In this document: positions 9,777-19,938 of the stretch, piece after piece | How the letters are laid out: the number at the start of each line of letters is the position of its first letter | How positions within the stretch are numbered: position 1 is the first letter of the stretch | Assembly (NCBI GenBank): GCA_963843575.1 | Contig: CAWJKZ010000021.1 | Location: 341,006 to 405,005, forward strand | From: an uncultured Acidobacteriota bacterium | GTDB taxonomy: Bacteria; Acidobacteriota; UBA6911 | Reading direction: 5' to 3' | DNA: 64,000 bases | Translations under genes and position numbers: made by a program | The notes under the pieces: model-generated | The model's input: only the letters and a program-made list of their open reading frames with translations | The model's database searches: none | What the model was told of the DNA's origin: nothing

Positions 9777-10496
9777 ATGCCTTCGTCACGGGACGATTTC
9801 GACAGCACGGATTTCGGCGCGGGGTCGGCCGGTTCAAAGAAGACCCTGGTGGATCTCTGCCGCGACGCTTTCCTCCTCATCTTTCACATCCGGGGGGGCA
9901 ACGACCCCGGGCACCCCGACGACTTGCGGAAGAGCATCGCCGCGCTGCTCCGGACGTTCGACGCCCAGGCGGCCAAATCGGGGTACAGCGAGGAGGATGC
10001 CAAGGCGAGTCGCTACGCCCTGTGCGCGCTCATCGACGAGACGATGCTCAACTCGAGGTGGTCGTTCAAGGACCAGTGGGCTGCGCGGCCGCTGCAGCTC
10101 GAGTATTTCGGGGAACAGCTGGCAGGGGAACGCTTCTTCGACCTGTTGGAGCGCGTCCGGCAGAAGGGGCGGAGGAAGGCCGATCTGCTCGAGGTCTTTT
10201 GCGTGGTGCTGATCCTCGGTTTCCAGGGCAAGTACAAGATGCGAGCCGGGGACGAGCTCGCGACCGTCACGCACGAGGTGGTGCAGGAGGTGCAGCAGTT
10301 CCGCGGCGGAGCCCCGGAACTGTCGCCGCATTGGCAGGTGCCCGAGGAGCATGTCGAAAAGCCCCCGCAGACAGTCCCGATGTGGGCGTGGGTTACCGGC
10401 ATCGCGGCCGTGGCGCTGGTCATCGTGGTTTACGTGGTGCTGAAGCTCTGGCTGGGTTCGGCAGCCTCCGACGCCGTCGGTCGGATGGTCCTGTGA
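9777..10496 (+). CDS. tssL: T6SS membrane subunit TssL (DotU family, short form without OmpA domain)
   Basis: YALCALIDE, W...PLQLEYF, GERFF, LGFQGKY, single C-terminal TM. Confidence 0.95.
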   Translation: MPSSRDDFDSTDFGAGSAGSKKTLVDLCRDAFLLIFHIRGGNDPGHPDDLRKSIAALLRTFDAQAAKSGYSEEDAKASRYALCALIDETMLNSRWSFKDQWAARPLQLEYFGEQLAGERFFDLLERVRQKGRRKADLLEVFCVVLILGFQGKYKMRAGDELATVTHEVVQEVQQFRGGAPELSPHWQVPEEHVEKPPQTVPMWAWVTGIAAVALVIVVYVVLKLWLGSAASDAVGRMVL

Positions 10497-10548
10497 GTTT
10501 CTGTCTCCGGGTCTTACCAACGCAATCTCTTTTAGCAACCGGCGAGCC

Positions 10549-13500
10549 ATGAACATATCGGCGTCAGGCCTGGCAACAAAAGTGGGGATCCCGGTCGCTC
10601 TGGCTGCGGCGGCGGTGTGGGCCGTCAACTCCTACGTCAGCCCGGACGCGGCCAAGAAGCTTCTTGCCATCATCCTGATTTTCGCGGCGGCGCTGCTGGT
10701 CGTGTGGCTCCTGGTGTGGCTGATCCGGGCCCTGGTGGTGTCGATGTCCGGGGCACGGTCGCGGGCCAGGGCCGCGCGCGAAGCGGCCCCGGCCGAAGGG
10801 GCAACCCCGCAGGAGCGGGCCGCCCTGGACGCGCTGCAGGGGAATATCGACGTCGCGTTGCGGGTCGTGCGCGAGTCCAAAATGGCTCGGGGCCGCAAAG
10901 GCGACGAGGCGCTGTACGCCTTCCCCTGGGTGGTCCTCTTCGGCCCGCCGGAATCGGGCAAGAGCACCCTCCTGCGTGACTCGGGCGTGGAGTTCCCGTA
11001 CAGCACGGCGGGCGAGGCCCGCAAATCGAAGCGCCCCGGCGTGGGAGCGGGCTGCGAATTCTGGTTCTCCCGCGACGCGGTTGTCCTCGACATGTCCGGG
11101 ACCCTCGGGACCGGGGATGACGAGTTCGAGGTGTTCAAGGGCTTCCTCGACCGCCTGAAACGAGCGCGGCGCGAGCGCCCCATCGACGGCATGGTCGTAA
11201 CGGTCCCGATCCGGGACATCCTGGACCAGGGCGCCGACCACGTCGAGGGGCTGGCAAACCGCCTCCGGCAGCGGGCGGACGAGATGACGCGGCGTTTCGG
11301 CATCCGCTTCCCCATCTATGTCCTTTTCACCAAGTGCGACCAAATCGACGGCTTCCCGGAGTTTTTCCGCAGTTTCCGGAGCCGCGACCGTGCCCAGGTT
11401 TGGGGCGCGACCATCTCCCGGGAGGCCCGCAAGCAGCTCCCCGTCGACGAGATCTTCCGGCAGGAGTTCGGGCGCATCGCCGAGTCGCTGCACGGCTATC
11501 GCCTCCAGGCGCTCGCGGCCGAGAAAGACCCGGGACGGCTCGCGCTCGTGTTCGCGTTTCCGGAGCGGTTCGCGGCGCTCGGCGCCAAGCTGGAGTCGTT
11601 CGTCGGCACCCTGTTCCAGGCGACCCCCTATTCGGAGAGGCCCATTTTCCGCGGGTTCTATCTGAGCAGCACCGGCGTTGCCGTCCCGGAGGCCAGGCCC
11701 GACGCGGAAGAGTTCCGCTGGGACGCCGCACGCCAGGCCGCCGCCCCGCAGCAGGAGCCGCAACGGGTCAAGAGCTATTTCCTGGAATCGCTCCTGCCCC
11801 GCGTCGTGTTCGCGGACCGTCCCCAGGTCAAGGCGTCCGTGGACACGCGCCTGCGCCGGCGGCTGTGGCTCGACGTCGCCTTCTTCGGGACGATCGCGGT
11901 GTGCACAGCGCTGCTGGTCGGGATGCTCTACTCGTTCAGCGAAAACCGCGGCCTGATCGAGTCGACGCGGCTGGCGGCCGTGCGCCTCACCGACGCCGGA
12001 TGGAACGGGCGGCGCGCGTCGGACCTGGCCGCACTGCAGCAGCTGCGCGAACGTCTCGACGAGCTGGACCGGTACCAGACCGAAGGGCCGAAATGGACGA
12101 TGCGGTGGGGGTTGTACTCGGGCGACCGGGTCGTGGAGGCCGCACGCCGCGTGTACTTCCGTCGCCTGCGCACCTCCTTCCTCCTGCCGACGGCCGACAC
12201 CCTGCGGCAGAAGCTCAACGCCTATGCCTCGGCTCAGCCCGGAGCGGTCAATTACAGCGAGTTTCACTCCTTCCTGCAGGCCTACCTGATGATGACCGAG
12301 CCGCCGCGGTCGCAGGAATCGTTCCTGCGCACCACGCTGGCGCCGGTGTGGAAGGCGCTCGGGCCCCCCGAGGCCGAGCCCGTGGTGCTGGACCAGCTGC
12401 GCTTCTACGCGCAGCAGTTGCCCAAGAACGACGCCGACCTGCAGCTGACCCGCGACAACGAGGTGGTCGCCCGGGCGCGCCGCGCGCTCGGCCAGTTCCC
12501 GGCGCTCGATCGGCTCTACATGCGCCTGAAGACGGAGGGGAACGCCAAGTACCCGCCGTACACCCTGGCGCAGGCCACCGGGGGGAAGAGCCTGGAATAC
12601 CTGAACTCCAGCCACGACGTCCCCGGGGTGTTCACCGAGGCCGGCTGGACGGGGTACTTCAAGCAGGCCATCGCGCAGGCGGGCAAGGAGATGGTCCAGG
12701 ACGACTGGGTCGTCGGGCCGACCTATAGCGGTGCGGTTCGTTCGACCGACGCCGACTCGGAACGGCAGATCCGGGACAAGTACTTCACCGAATACGTCGA
12801 GGAGTGGCAGAAGTTCCTGGAGGGTGTCTCGGTGCGGCCCCTGGCGGACCTGAACGAGGCCCGCTCGGCCCTGGACTCGTTCTCGCAGCAGGACTCCGCA
12901 GTGTCGCGCCTCCTGATGAATGTGGCCGCCAACACCATGCTGCGCCGGGAGCCGGAGAAAGGCAACAGCATCACCTCGATGGTTTCGAGCACCCTGGCCA
13001 CACTCGGGCTCTCGACCCGCGTGAACCGCGCCGAGCTGATCGATGCGGTGGCCGACCAGTTTCAGGCACTGCACGACGTCGTCACGTCGCCTGACGGCGG
13101 CAAGACCCCTTCGATGCTGGCAGGGTATATCCTCGCGCTGAGCAAGGTGCACGCGCGGCTCGAGGCGCTGTTCGGAGCCGGCACCCAGTGGGAGCAGGTC
13201 AAGGCCTACGTCGACATGATTGCGAACAACCTCTCCAGCAACGAGTTCCAGGAGGGTTACCGAATCACCGCGCTGATCAACAAGCAGTGCCGCACCCGCA
13301 GCACCCAGCCGGTCGGACCGATGCTGGAGCAGCCGCTGCGGCAGACCTGGGCGGCGATCCTGCGCGAAGTCGGCTTCCGGCTGGACGGATTGTGGAAGAC
13401 GCAGGTGGCGGAACTCTACCGGCGGGACATCGAGAGCAGCTACCCGTTCAACCTCTCGGGGCAGGACCTCCCGCTGGCCACCCTGTCGCAGTTCTTGAAG

Positions 13501-14133
13501 CCGCGCGAGGGGAGCCTCGACGCGTTTTACGAAAAAGAACTCAAGATGTTCCTCACCCCATCGGGCAGCGCGTTCGCGCCGCGCACGCTGTTCAACGCCG
13601 AGGTGGCATTCTCCCCGCAGTTCCTGGAGTTCCTGGAGAAGACGAACGCGATCCGCCAGGCGCTTTATCCTCCCGGGGCGCCCGACATGAGCGCCACCTT
13701 CGACCTGACCCCGGACGCGACACCGGGCGTCACCGAAAGCCTGCTGGAGATCGACACACAGAAGTTGCTTTACAGAAACGAGCGACCCGTCCCCTCCGTG
13801 GTGACCTGGCCGGGGAAGGGGGGATCTCCCCAGGCAAAGCTGAGCATCTCGCTGACCGGCTCGGGGGAACGGCCGGGCATTCCGGCGATCGAAGGCGAGT
13901 GGGCCCTCTTCAGGCTGCTGGCGCAGGCCCGGGTCGTGCCGCTCTCTCAAACTGCCTACAGCGTCAGCTGGTCGCTGCCGAGCGCCGACGGGAGGAAGCT
14001 CGAGGTGCGCTACAAACTCCAGGCGCGGAGCTACCGAAACCCATTTCCCCCGAACTTCTTCCGCGTGGTGAGCTGTCCTGAGACCGTTACGCAGCAGTCG
14101 TCGGCCGCCGCGGGACTGTCGCCGGCGCGCTGA
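10549..14133 (+). CDS. tssM: T6SS membrane subunit TssM (IcmF)
   Basis: N-terminal TMs, YAFPW..GPPESGKS P-loop, RPIDG, FPIYVLFTKCD, FRGFYLSS, YPF, C-terminal GEWALFRL. Confidence 0.95.
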   Translation: MNISASGLATKVGIPVALAAAAVWAVNSYVSPDAAKKLLAIILIFAAALLVVWLLVWLIRALVVSMSGARSRARAAREAAPAEGATPQERAALDALQGNIDVALRVVRESKMARGRKGDEALYAFPWVVLFGPPESGKSTLLRDSGVEFPYSTAGEARKSKRPGVGAGCEFWFSRDAVVLDMSGTLGTGDDEFEVFKGFLDRLKRARRERPIDGMVVTVPIRDILDQGADHVEGLANRLRQRADEMTRRFGIRFPIYVLFTKCDQIDGFPEFFRSFRSRDRAQVWGATISREARKQLPVDEIFRQEFGRIAESLHGYRLQALAAEKDPGRLALVFAFPERFAALGAKLESFVGTLFQATPYSERPIFRGFYLSSTGVAVPEARPDAEEFRWDAARQAAAPQQEPQRVKSYFLESLLPRVVFADRPQVKASVDTRLRRRLWLDVAFFGTIAVCTALLVGMLYSFSENRGLIESTRLAAVRLTDAGWNGRRASDLAALQQLRERLDELDRYQTEGPKWTMRWGLYSGDRVVEAARRVYFRRLRTSFLLPTADTLRQKLNAYASAQPGAVNYSEFHSFLQAYLMMTEPPRSQESFLRTTLAPVWKALGPPEAEPVVLDQLRFYAQQLPKNDADLQLTRDNEVVARARRALGQFPALDRLYMRLKTEGNAKYPPYTLAQATGGKSLEYLNSSHDVPGVFTEAGWTGYFKQAIAQAGKEMVQDDWVVGPTYSGAVRSTDADSERQIRDKYFTEYVEEWQKFLEGVSVRPLADLNEARSALDSFSQQDSAVSRLLMNVAANTMLRREPEKGNSITSMVSSTLATLGLSTRVNRAELIDAVADQFQALHDVVTSPDGGKTPSMLAGYILALSKVHARLEALFGAGTQWEQVKAYVDMIANNLSSNEFQEGYRITALINKQCRTRSTQPVGPMLEQPLRQTWAAILREVGFRLDGLWKTQVAELYRRDIESSYPFNLSGQDLPLATLSQFLKPREGSLDAFYEKELKMFLTPSGSAFAPRTLFNAEVAFSPQFLEFLEKTNAIRQALYPPGAPDMSATFDLTPDATPGVTESLLEIDTQKLLYRNERPVPSVVTWPGKGGSPQAKLSISLTGSGERPGIPAIEGEWALFRLLAQARVVPLSQTAYSVSWSLPSADGRKLEVRYKLQARSYRNPFPPNFFRVVSCPETVTQQSSAAAGLSPAR

Positions 14134-14148
14134 CAAGGAGCAGAGACG

Positions 14149-15615
14149 ATGGACACCCTACTGGAACAGCTCCAGGCTAAAGCGGCGGGGCACCCCCCCT
14201 CGCTTCCACTCAAGCTGCTGGTCGTTGCCGACTGCGCCGGGGATGCGACGCAACCGGCCGTCCGAATCCAGCAGGGGCTCGACGGGCTGTTTCAGAGCCT
14301 CCGCCCCACCGTGCGGCTGAGCGTTGAGAACCGGCTCCAGCCGGGAGCCCCGAAGCTGGCGCTCGAGCTGCAGTTCCGCTGCCTGAGCGATTTCCACCCC
14401 GAGTCGGTGGTCGGCCGCACGGCGGTCCTGTCCGAGGCGCGGCAGGCGGGCCATCCCGCCCTGGCGGAACAGCTCGACCTGGTGCTTCACCACCCCGAGT
14501 TCCAGCGCGTGGAAGCGGCCTGGCGCGGCCTGGCGCGGCTCTGCCGTGAACTCGAGGACAAGCCCGGCGTGATCGCGGAGGTGCTCACGACAGGCCGGAA
14601 GGATCTTGCAGGGACGTTCCACGGCCGGGTTTTCGAACCGGAGTACCGGGGAGAGGCCGGGCCGCCCCTGTCGGCGGTGCTGTTCGATTTCCGGTTCAGC
14701 CACGAGCCCGCCGACCTGCCCCTGCTCGAGGCGCTCGCTGCCGATTGCGCCGCCCTGGAAGCCCCCATGATCGCAGCCACCTCGCCCGCGTTTTTCCAGC
14801 TGAAAAACCTTGCCCATCTCCCCAGCCTGCCGGAACTCGGGCCGCGGATGCAGCAGCCCGCCTATGCCGGTTGGCGCCGCTTCCAGACCGACGCGGCGTC
14901 CCGCTGGGTGTGCCTGACCGCCAACCGCTTTCTGGCGCGCGAGAGCTACGCCCTGAGCCGCGAAGCCGGGGACGCTCTCGACTACCGCGAAAAGGCCGAT
15001 GCCGCCCACCCCGAAAACTACGTGTGGGCGGAGGCCGGGTGGCTCATCCTGTGCAACCTCGCCCGCAGCTTCTCGAAATACCGCCACTGCGTGGTCATCG
15101 ACGGGATGAGCCCAGACACCGCCCACGACAACCTTCCGGTACGCCCTTTCCCAAAAAAGGCGAACGTGGAGGTGCCGAGCCCGACCGAGATTCTCCTGGA
15201 CGACACCAAGGCGTGGGAGATCGTCCGGGCGGGCATCACTATCCTGCTCGGGATCAGCGACGGGGCAGTGGCGAGTTTTCCACTGGTGGCCAACGCTTAC
15301 CGGCTGAAACCCGGAGTTGTCACGGTCGAGTCGGCGCTGTCCTACCAATTGTTCGCCGGGAACCTGTTCCACTATCTGGTTGCCCTCTACCCTGAATTCC
15401 CCGCCGAGGGCGCCGAGGCGGTAGCTGCTTTCGTGCGTTCCCACCTCGAGGAGTTTCTCGTGCCGTTTGTGGGCGACCAGCCTGGGGAGTCTGTCCGCGC
15501 CGAGCTCGTCGAAGCTGCCGGCGAGACTGCCGGCCGGACGTTGCAGGTCACGCTCCGGCCGCAGCTCAAGATGCAGGGGAAAGACGTGGACTTCGCGCTC
15601 AGCATCGCGCTCTGA
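14149..15615 (+). CDS. single-chain TssB-TssC sheath-like fusion protein 1 (short form)
   Basis: TssB core (LPLKLLVVAD..., VENRL, DFHPESVV) joined directly to TssC motifs (QLDLVLHHPEFQRVEAAWRGL, RFLARESY, PTEILL, LSYQLF). Confidence 0.85.
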   Translation: MDTLLEQLQAKAAGHPPSLPLKLLVVADCAGDATQPAVRIQQGLDGLFQSLRPTVRLSVENRLQPGAPKLALELQFRCLSDFHPESVVGRTAVLSEARQAGHPALAEQLDLVLHHPEFQRVEAAWRGLARLCRELEDKPGVIAEVLTTGRKDLAGTFHGRVFEPEYRGEAGPPLSAVLFDFRFSHEPADLPLLEALAADCAALEAPMIAATSPAFFQLKNLAHLPSLPELGPRMQQPAYAGWRRFQTDAASRWVCLTANRFLARESYALSREAGDALDYREKADAAHPENYVWAEAGWLILCNLARSFSKYRHCVVIDGMSPDTAHDNLPVRPFPKKANVEVPSPTEILLDDTKAWEIVRAGITILLGISDGAVASFPLVANAYRLKPGVVTVESALSYQLFAGNLFHYLVALYPEFPAEGAEAVAAFVRSHLEEFLVPFVGDQPGESVRAELVEAAGETAGRTLQVTLRPQLKMQGKDVDFALSIAL

Positions 15616-15623
15616 GAGGCCCC

Positions 15624-17435
15624 ATGGTCAAGAACGCCAGAGACAGGATCCGGTTCGGCGGTGAGGCGCCGTCGGAGTCGTCGTCGCCGCCGCTGCGACT
15701 GCTCGCCATCGCCGATCTCTCCTGCGCCGGCGACGGCGTCGCCCGGCGGGTGCGCGTGGACAAGGACTCGTTCAACGAGGTGCTCCGGACGGTGTGTCCC
15801 CGGATTGCCATCCAGCTTCGGTCGCGGTCTCCCTCGGGTTCCCCAGTGGAAGCCGAGTTCCCGATCCAGGACCTGAAATCCTTCGCCCCCGCGCAGCTCG
15901 CCGGCGCGCCCCTGTTCCGCGACCTGGTCAGCGACAGGGCCGCGGCAGTCGATCTGCGGGACGGCCGGATCCGGCCGGAGGAGTTCAAACACCGGGTTCA
16001 ATCCGACGTCTTGCGCGACGCCCTTGCGGGGCTGATGCACGAACCGTCCGCGCCGCCGGCCGTGGAAAAAACCCCCGAGCCGCAGCGCCGCACGGACCCC
16101 CGGAAGGACGACATCCTCGATTCGATTCTCGGCATGGTCGAGGCCCCCGCTGCCGCGGGGGCGGCAGAGCCGACAACCGACGGGGCTGCCCGCGTCCAGG
16201 CCTTCATCTCCGACATGTTCAAAGGTGGGCGTCCTGGCGGCGGAGTGGACCGCGGGAAGGCCGACCGGATGGTGAAGGACATCGAGGGCATGCTGGTCTC
16301 CCGGATGAACGAAGTGCTCAACCACCCCGAGTTCCGGCGGTTGGAGTCGGCCTGGCGCGGCCTGAAGTTCCTGGTGGACCGCACCGACTTCCGCGACGCG
16401 ATCGAACTCGACGTCGTTTCCGCGCCCAAAGGGGAATTGGTGCGGGTCATGGAAGCCGCGTTGACCGATCTGGACGCCGGCGCTGCCGGGGTGGACGCGG
16501 TGCTGGCGGCCTTCGAGTTCCGCAACACTCCCGAAGATCTGGACGTCGCAAGACGCGCGGCGGAGCGCGCCGCGGAGCTCAGGGCTCCGGTCGTGATCTC
16601 CGTTGGTGCGTCGTTCTTCGGACAGGAGAGTGCGGCGGAGGTGACGCGCATCCCTCACCTGCGCGCGCACCTCGACACCCCCGGGTTCGTAAAGTGGGAC
16701 TCCTTCCGCGGCGTCGAGAGTTCACGATGGCTCGGCGCGGCGTTCAACCGGTTCCTCCTGCGGAACCGTTACGAGCCTGCGTCGGCCCGGGTGGCGTTCC
16801 CATTTCACGAGGCCGGCGACGGTCTGTGGGGCGACCCCGTCTGGGCGATAGGATCGCTGCTGGTGCGCAGTTTTTCACGCACCGGCTGGTGCGGGCACAT
16901 CACCGGAGTGCGCGGGGGCGGGGTCCTCGAGGACTTGCCCGTGCGGGATTTTGCGCTGCCGTCGGGGGACGTGCGGCAGATCCCGCTCGAGTCGGTGTTT
17001 CTGCGTGGCAGGGAAGACGATTTCTACGCCGCCGGTTTCGCGGCGCTGCAGTGCGGTGAGGACCAGGACGTCGCCGCCCTGTTGGCTGCGCCGACGACGC
17101 ACCGGCCCGAACAGTACCCCGACGCGCGCGAGAGCGAGAGCAGCCGTCAGCGCGCCCAGTTGTCCTACCAGCTGGTCGCCGGCCGGATCGCCCGCTTCGT
17201 GGAGCGGGAACTCGCGCAGCTGGGCGGGTCGGCTGCGGCGGAAATCCAGACGGGGCTCGCCGCCGCGCTGAAGCGATTGATGGGGCAGGCGAGTCCGGAT
17301 TCCGTGCAGGTCCGCCTCTCGGAAAGTCAGGAAAGGGTCGGCTACCACGACCTCGCGGTTGACATCCGCCCGGGCCCGTCGATCTGGCCTTTCTCGACGG
17401 CGATTCAACTGAAGATTCCGCTGCGCAGGAACTGA
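15624..17435 (+). CDS. single-chain TssB-TssC sheath-like fusion protein 2 (long form)
   Basis: TssB motifs (PLRLLAIADL, VDKDSFNEVL, LKSFAP) followed by TssC motifs (ILDSIL, VLNHPEFRRLESAWRGLKFLVDRTDFR, GGGVLEDLP, QLSYQL). Confidence 0.88.
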   Translation: MVKNARDRIRFGGEAPSESSSPPLRLLAIADLSCAGDGVARRVRVDKDSFNEVLRTVCPRIAIQLRSRSPSGSPVEAEFPIQDLKSFAPAQLAGAPLFRDLVSDRAAAVDLRDGRIRPEEFKHRVQSDVLRDALAGLMHEPSAPPAVEKTPEPQRRTDPRKDDILDSILGMVEAPAAAGAAEPTTDGAARVQAFISDMFKGGRPGGGVDRGKADRMVKDIEGMLVSRMNEVLNHPEFRRLESAWRGLKFLVDRTDFRDAIELDVVSAPKGELVRVMEAALTDLDAGAAGVDAVLAAFEFRNTPEDLDVARRAAERAAELRAPVVISVGASFFGQESAAEVTRIPHLRAHLDTPGFVKWDSFRGVESSRWLGAAFNRFLLRNRYEPASARVAFPFHEAGDGLWGDPVWAIGSLLVRSFSRTGWCGHITGVRGGGVLEDLPVRDFALPSGDVRQIPLESVFLRGREDDFYAAGFAALQCGEDQDVAALLAAPTTHRPEQYPDARESESSRQRAQLSYQLVAGRIARFVERELAQLGGSAAAEIQTGLAAALKRLMGQASPDSVQVRLSESQERVGYHDLAVDIRPGPSIWPFSTAIQLKIPLRRN

Positions 17436-17472
17436 GTCAGCGTACGGAGTGAAGTACTGGCGCATCAGCACC

Positions 17473-17502
17473 TTGTTTGCGACAGGGGCGCACCGATATA
17501 AT
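17473..17502 (+). promoter_or_regulatory. candidate sigma-70 promoter for vgrG
   Basis: TTGTTT-N18-TATAAT in the 154-bp gap before vgrG. Confidence 0.35.
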
Positions 17503-17589
17503 TTGGCTACTTTCGAATCGGGGCAACTCAGGCAGCTTTCCTGGTGGCAGTTCCTGCCAACTTTGCCTGTCTGACGGGGGGGTCTGAAC

Positions 17590-19938
17590 ATGGCGACGAC
17601 AGCCCGAAGGTTGGGGCTGGAAGCTGATTTCTTCTTCCAGGCCGGTTCCTATTCGGAGAAGGATCTTCGTGTGGTCCGGTTTGAGGGGACGGAGTCGCTC
17701 TCGGAACTATTCCGGTTCCAGCTGCAGCTTGCGTTGGAGGATGTCGAGGCCGATTTCGAATCCATCCTTGGCAAACCGGCACGACTCAAGATCATGGGGC
17801 GTGAAGGGACGCGGTACGTCAACGGCATTATAAGCTGGTTTGAACAGGCCGGCGAACCGACGCGGCTGACGCAGTACAGCGCGGAACTCGTGCCGAGAAT
17901 CTGGCTGCTCCATCACCGTCACAACTCGCGAATCTTTCAGGAGATGACGGTTAAGGACATCATCGACAAGGTGCTGAAAGACGCGAAGATCCCGCCCGAC
18001 GAATTCGAATTCCAGTTGCGCAAGACGTATCCGACGCGCGAGTACTGCGTACAGTACCGGGAATCGGATTTTGCGTTCATATCCAGGCTCATGGAAGAGG
18101 AGGGAATTTACTACTGGTTCGAGCACACGGAGAAGAAGCACGTCCTGACGATGAGCGACGCGTTCTCCATCCACGTCCCCATCGAGGGGAACGCGGGGCT
18201 GGTGCTGCATGAAGTGACAGGCGAAGAGCCCGACTTCGAGCACATCTACCACTTTCGCTACACGGAAGAGGTGAGGCCCGGGGAAGTTGTCCTCCGCGAT
18301 TTCGACTTCAAGAAGCCGTCCTTGGATCTGACGGCCAACAAGGCCGCAGATGTTCGTAAAGAGCTCGAGATTTATGACTACCCGGGCGAATACGTCCAGC
18401 CGGCCGTAGGCAAAGATCTCAGCGAGGTGCGGCTTCAGGAAGCGCAGACTCCGCGGAAGGTCGGTCAGGGCAGAACAAACTGCCGCCGCATGCTCCCCGG
18501 GCGCAAGTTCACCTTGGACAAACACAACCGGACGGCGTTGAACCAGGAATACCTGATCACGCGCGTGCTGCACACCGGGGCGCAGGTTCAGACGTTCAAA
18601 GAAGCGGCCGGCACGTCGAAGGGCAACGAGTACAACGCGGAGTTTTCGTGCATCCCGGCGAAGGTCCAGTTCCGGCCGGCGCGGGTTACGCCGCGCCCTG
18701 TCGTGCACGGCTCGCAAACCGCGATCGTGACCGGTCCCGCGGGGGAAGAAATCTACCCGGACGAGCACGGGCGCGTGAAGGTGCAGTTTCACTGGGACCG
18801 CGAGGGCAAGAAAGACGAAAAGACCTCCTGCTGGATCCGGGTGAGCCAGAACTGGGCCGGTCCCAGCTGGGGGGCGATGATTATTCCTCGGATCGGCCAC
18901 GAGGTGATAGTGGACTTCCTGGAAGGCGATCCTGACCAGCCGATCATCACCGGTCGCGTCTACAACGGCGCAAACCGGCCTCCCTACCCGCTTCCGGGCG
19001 AAAAGACCAAAAGCACCTGGAAGTCGAACAGCTCAAAGGGGGGCGGTGGTTCAAACGAACTCCGGTATGAGGACAGCAAAGGGTCGGAGGAGATCTACCT
19101 TCACGGGCAAAAGGACTGGAACATCGTCATCGAGAACGACAAGACCCAGAAGATCGGCCACGACGAAAGCCTCGACGTCGGCCACGACCGCAGCAAGCAT
19201 GTGGGGAACGACCAGTCCGAAAAAGTCGACAACAACAAGAGCATCACGGTCGGGGTCAACCACACGGAGAAAATCGGGTCCAATAAGGACCTTACGGTCG
19301 GCGCCAATCACACGGAGAAGATCGGCGCCAACATGTCAGTTACGGTCGGCTCAAACTTGACGGAGAACGTTGCCCTGAATTATTCGGAAACCGTCGGTAT
19401 CGCTATGGAGCTGACAATAGGCGCGGCCATGACCCATACGGTCGGCGCAGCGCTCATGCAGAGTGTGGGCGCCAACATGTCCCAGAGCATCGGGGTTTCG
19501 AAATCGATCAATATTGGATCGAACCTGACTCAATCGGTGGGCGCAAATTCAAAGGAGCAGATCGGGAGCAACAAGTCCACGAAGGTCGCCAGTAACGACA
19601 CCATTTCAGTCGGTGGAGACCAAAAGCTCGATGTCAGTGGCAAGCGAAGCACCTCGATCGGAAAAGAGGACTCACTGAAGGTTGGGACGAAGCTCACCAT
19701 CGACGCTGGAGATCAGATCGTACTTCAGACGGGCAGTTCCAGCATAACCATGAAGAAGGATGGCACAATCAACATCAAAGGCATGAAGATTACGATTGAA
19801 GGTACTCAAAAGATCGAGGAGAAGGCAGCCCAGATCAGTTCCGAGGCCCAGACGAAGAACGAGATGAAGGGCGCGATGGTGACAGTCGAGGCCTCTGGCA
19901 TCAACACAATCAAGGGCGCCCTGGTGAAGATCAACTGA
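17590..19938 (+). CDS. vgrG: T6SS spike protein VgrG (no evolved effector extension)
   Basis: REYCVQYRESD, DEHGRVKVQFHWDR, IPRIGHEV.V.F..GDPD.P, gp5-like C-terminal repeats. Confidence 0.97.
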   Translation: MATTARRLGLEADFFFQAGSYSEKDLRVVRFEGTESLSELFRFQLQLALEDVEADFESILGKPARLKIMGREGTRYVNGIISWFEQAGEPTRLTQYSAELVPRIWLLHHRHNSRIFQEMTVKDIIDKVLKDAKIPPDEFEFQLRKTYPTREYCVQYRESDFAFISRLMEEEGIYYWFEHTEKKHVLTMSDAFSIHVPIEGNAGLVLHEVTGEEPDFEHIYHFRYTEEVRPGEVVLRDFDFKKPSLDLTANKAADVRKELEIYDYPGEYVQPAVGKDLSEVRLQEAQTPRKVGQGRTNCRRMLPGRKFTLDKHNRTALNQEYLITRVLHTGAQVQTFKEAAGTSKGNEYNAEFSCIPAKVQFRPARVTPRPVVHGSQTAIVTGPAGEEIYPDEHGRVKVQFHWDREGKKDEKTSCWIRVSQNWAGPSWGAMIIPRIGHEVIVDFLEGDPDQPIITGRVYNGANRPPYPLPGEKTKSTWKSNSSKGGGGSNELRYEDSKGSEEIYLHGQKDWNIVIENDKTQKIGHDESLDVGHDRSKHVGNDQSEKVDNNKSITVGVNHTEKIGSNKDLTVGANHTEKIGANMSVTVGSNLTENVALNYSETVGIAMELTIGAAMTHTVGAALMQSVGANMSQSIGVSKSINIGSNLTQSVGANSKEQIGSNKSTKVASNDTISVGGDQKLDVSGKRSTSIGKEDSLKVGTKLTIDAGDQIVLQTGSSSITMKKDGTINIKGMKITIEGTQKIEEKAAQISSEAQTKNEMKGAMVTVEASGINTIKGALVKIN

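Noticed and set aside
10564-14136. 1190-aa minus-strand ORF
   Set aside because: Antisense shadow of tssM, typical of high-GC codon bias; no recognisable motifs
14149-17435. Extra sheath genes as part of a separate eCIS or prophage tail
   Set aside because: Motifs are T6SS TssB/TssC type; no second tube, tape-measure, Afp-like or phage genes are visible in the window
19140-19720. Periodic repeats in the 3' part of vgrG, and those at 21480-22150
   Set aside because: Protein-level gp5 beta-helix and pentapeptide repeats, not CRISPR or a DNA repeat array. I saw no CRISPR array, rRNA or tRNA in the window
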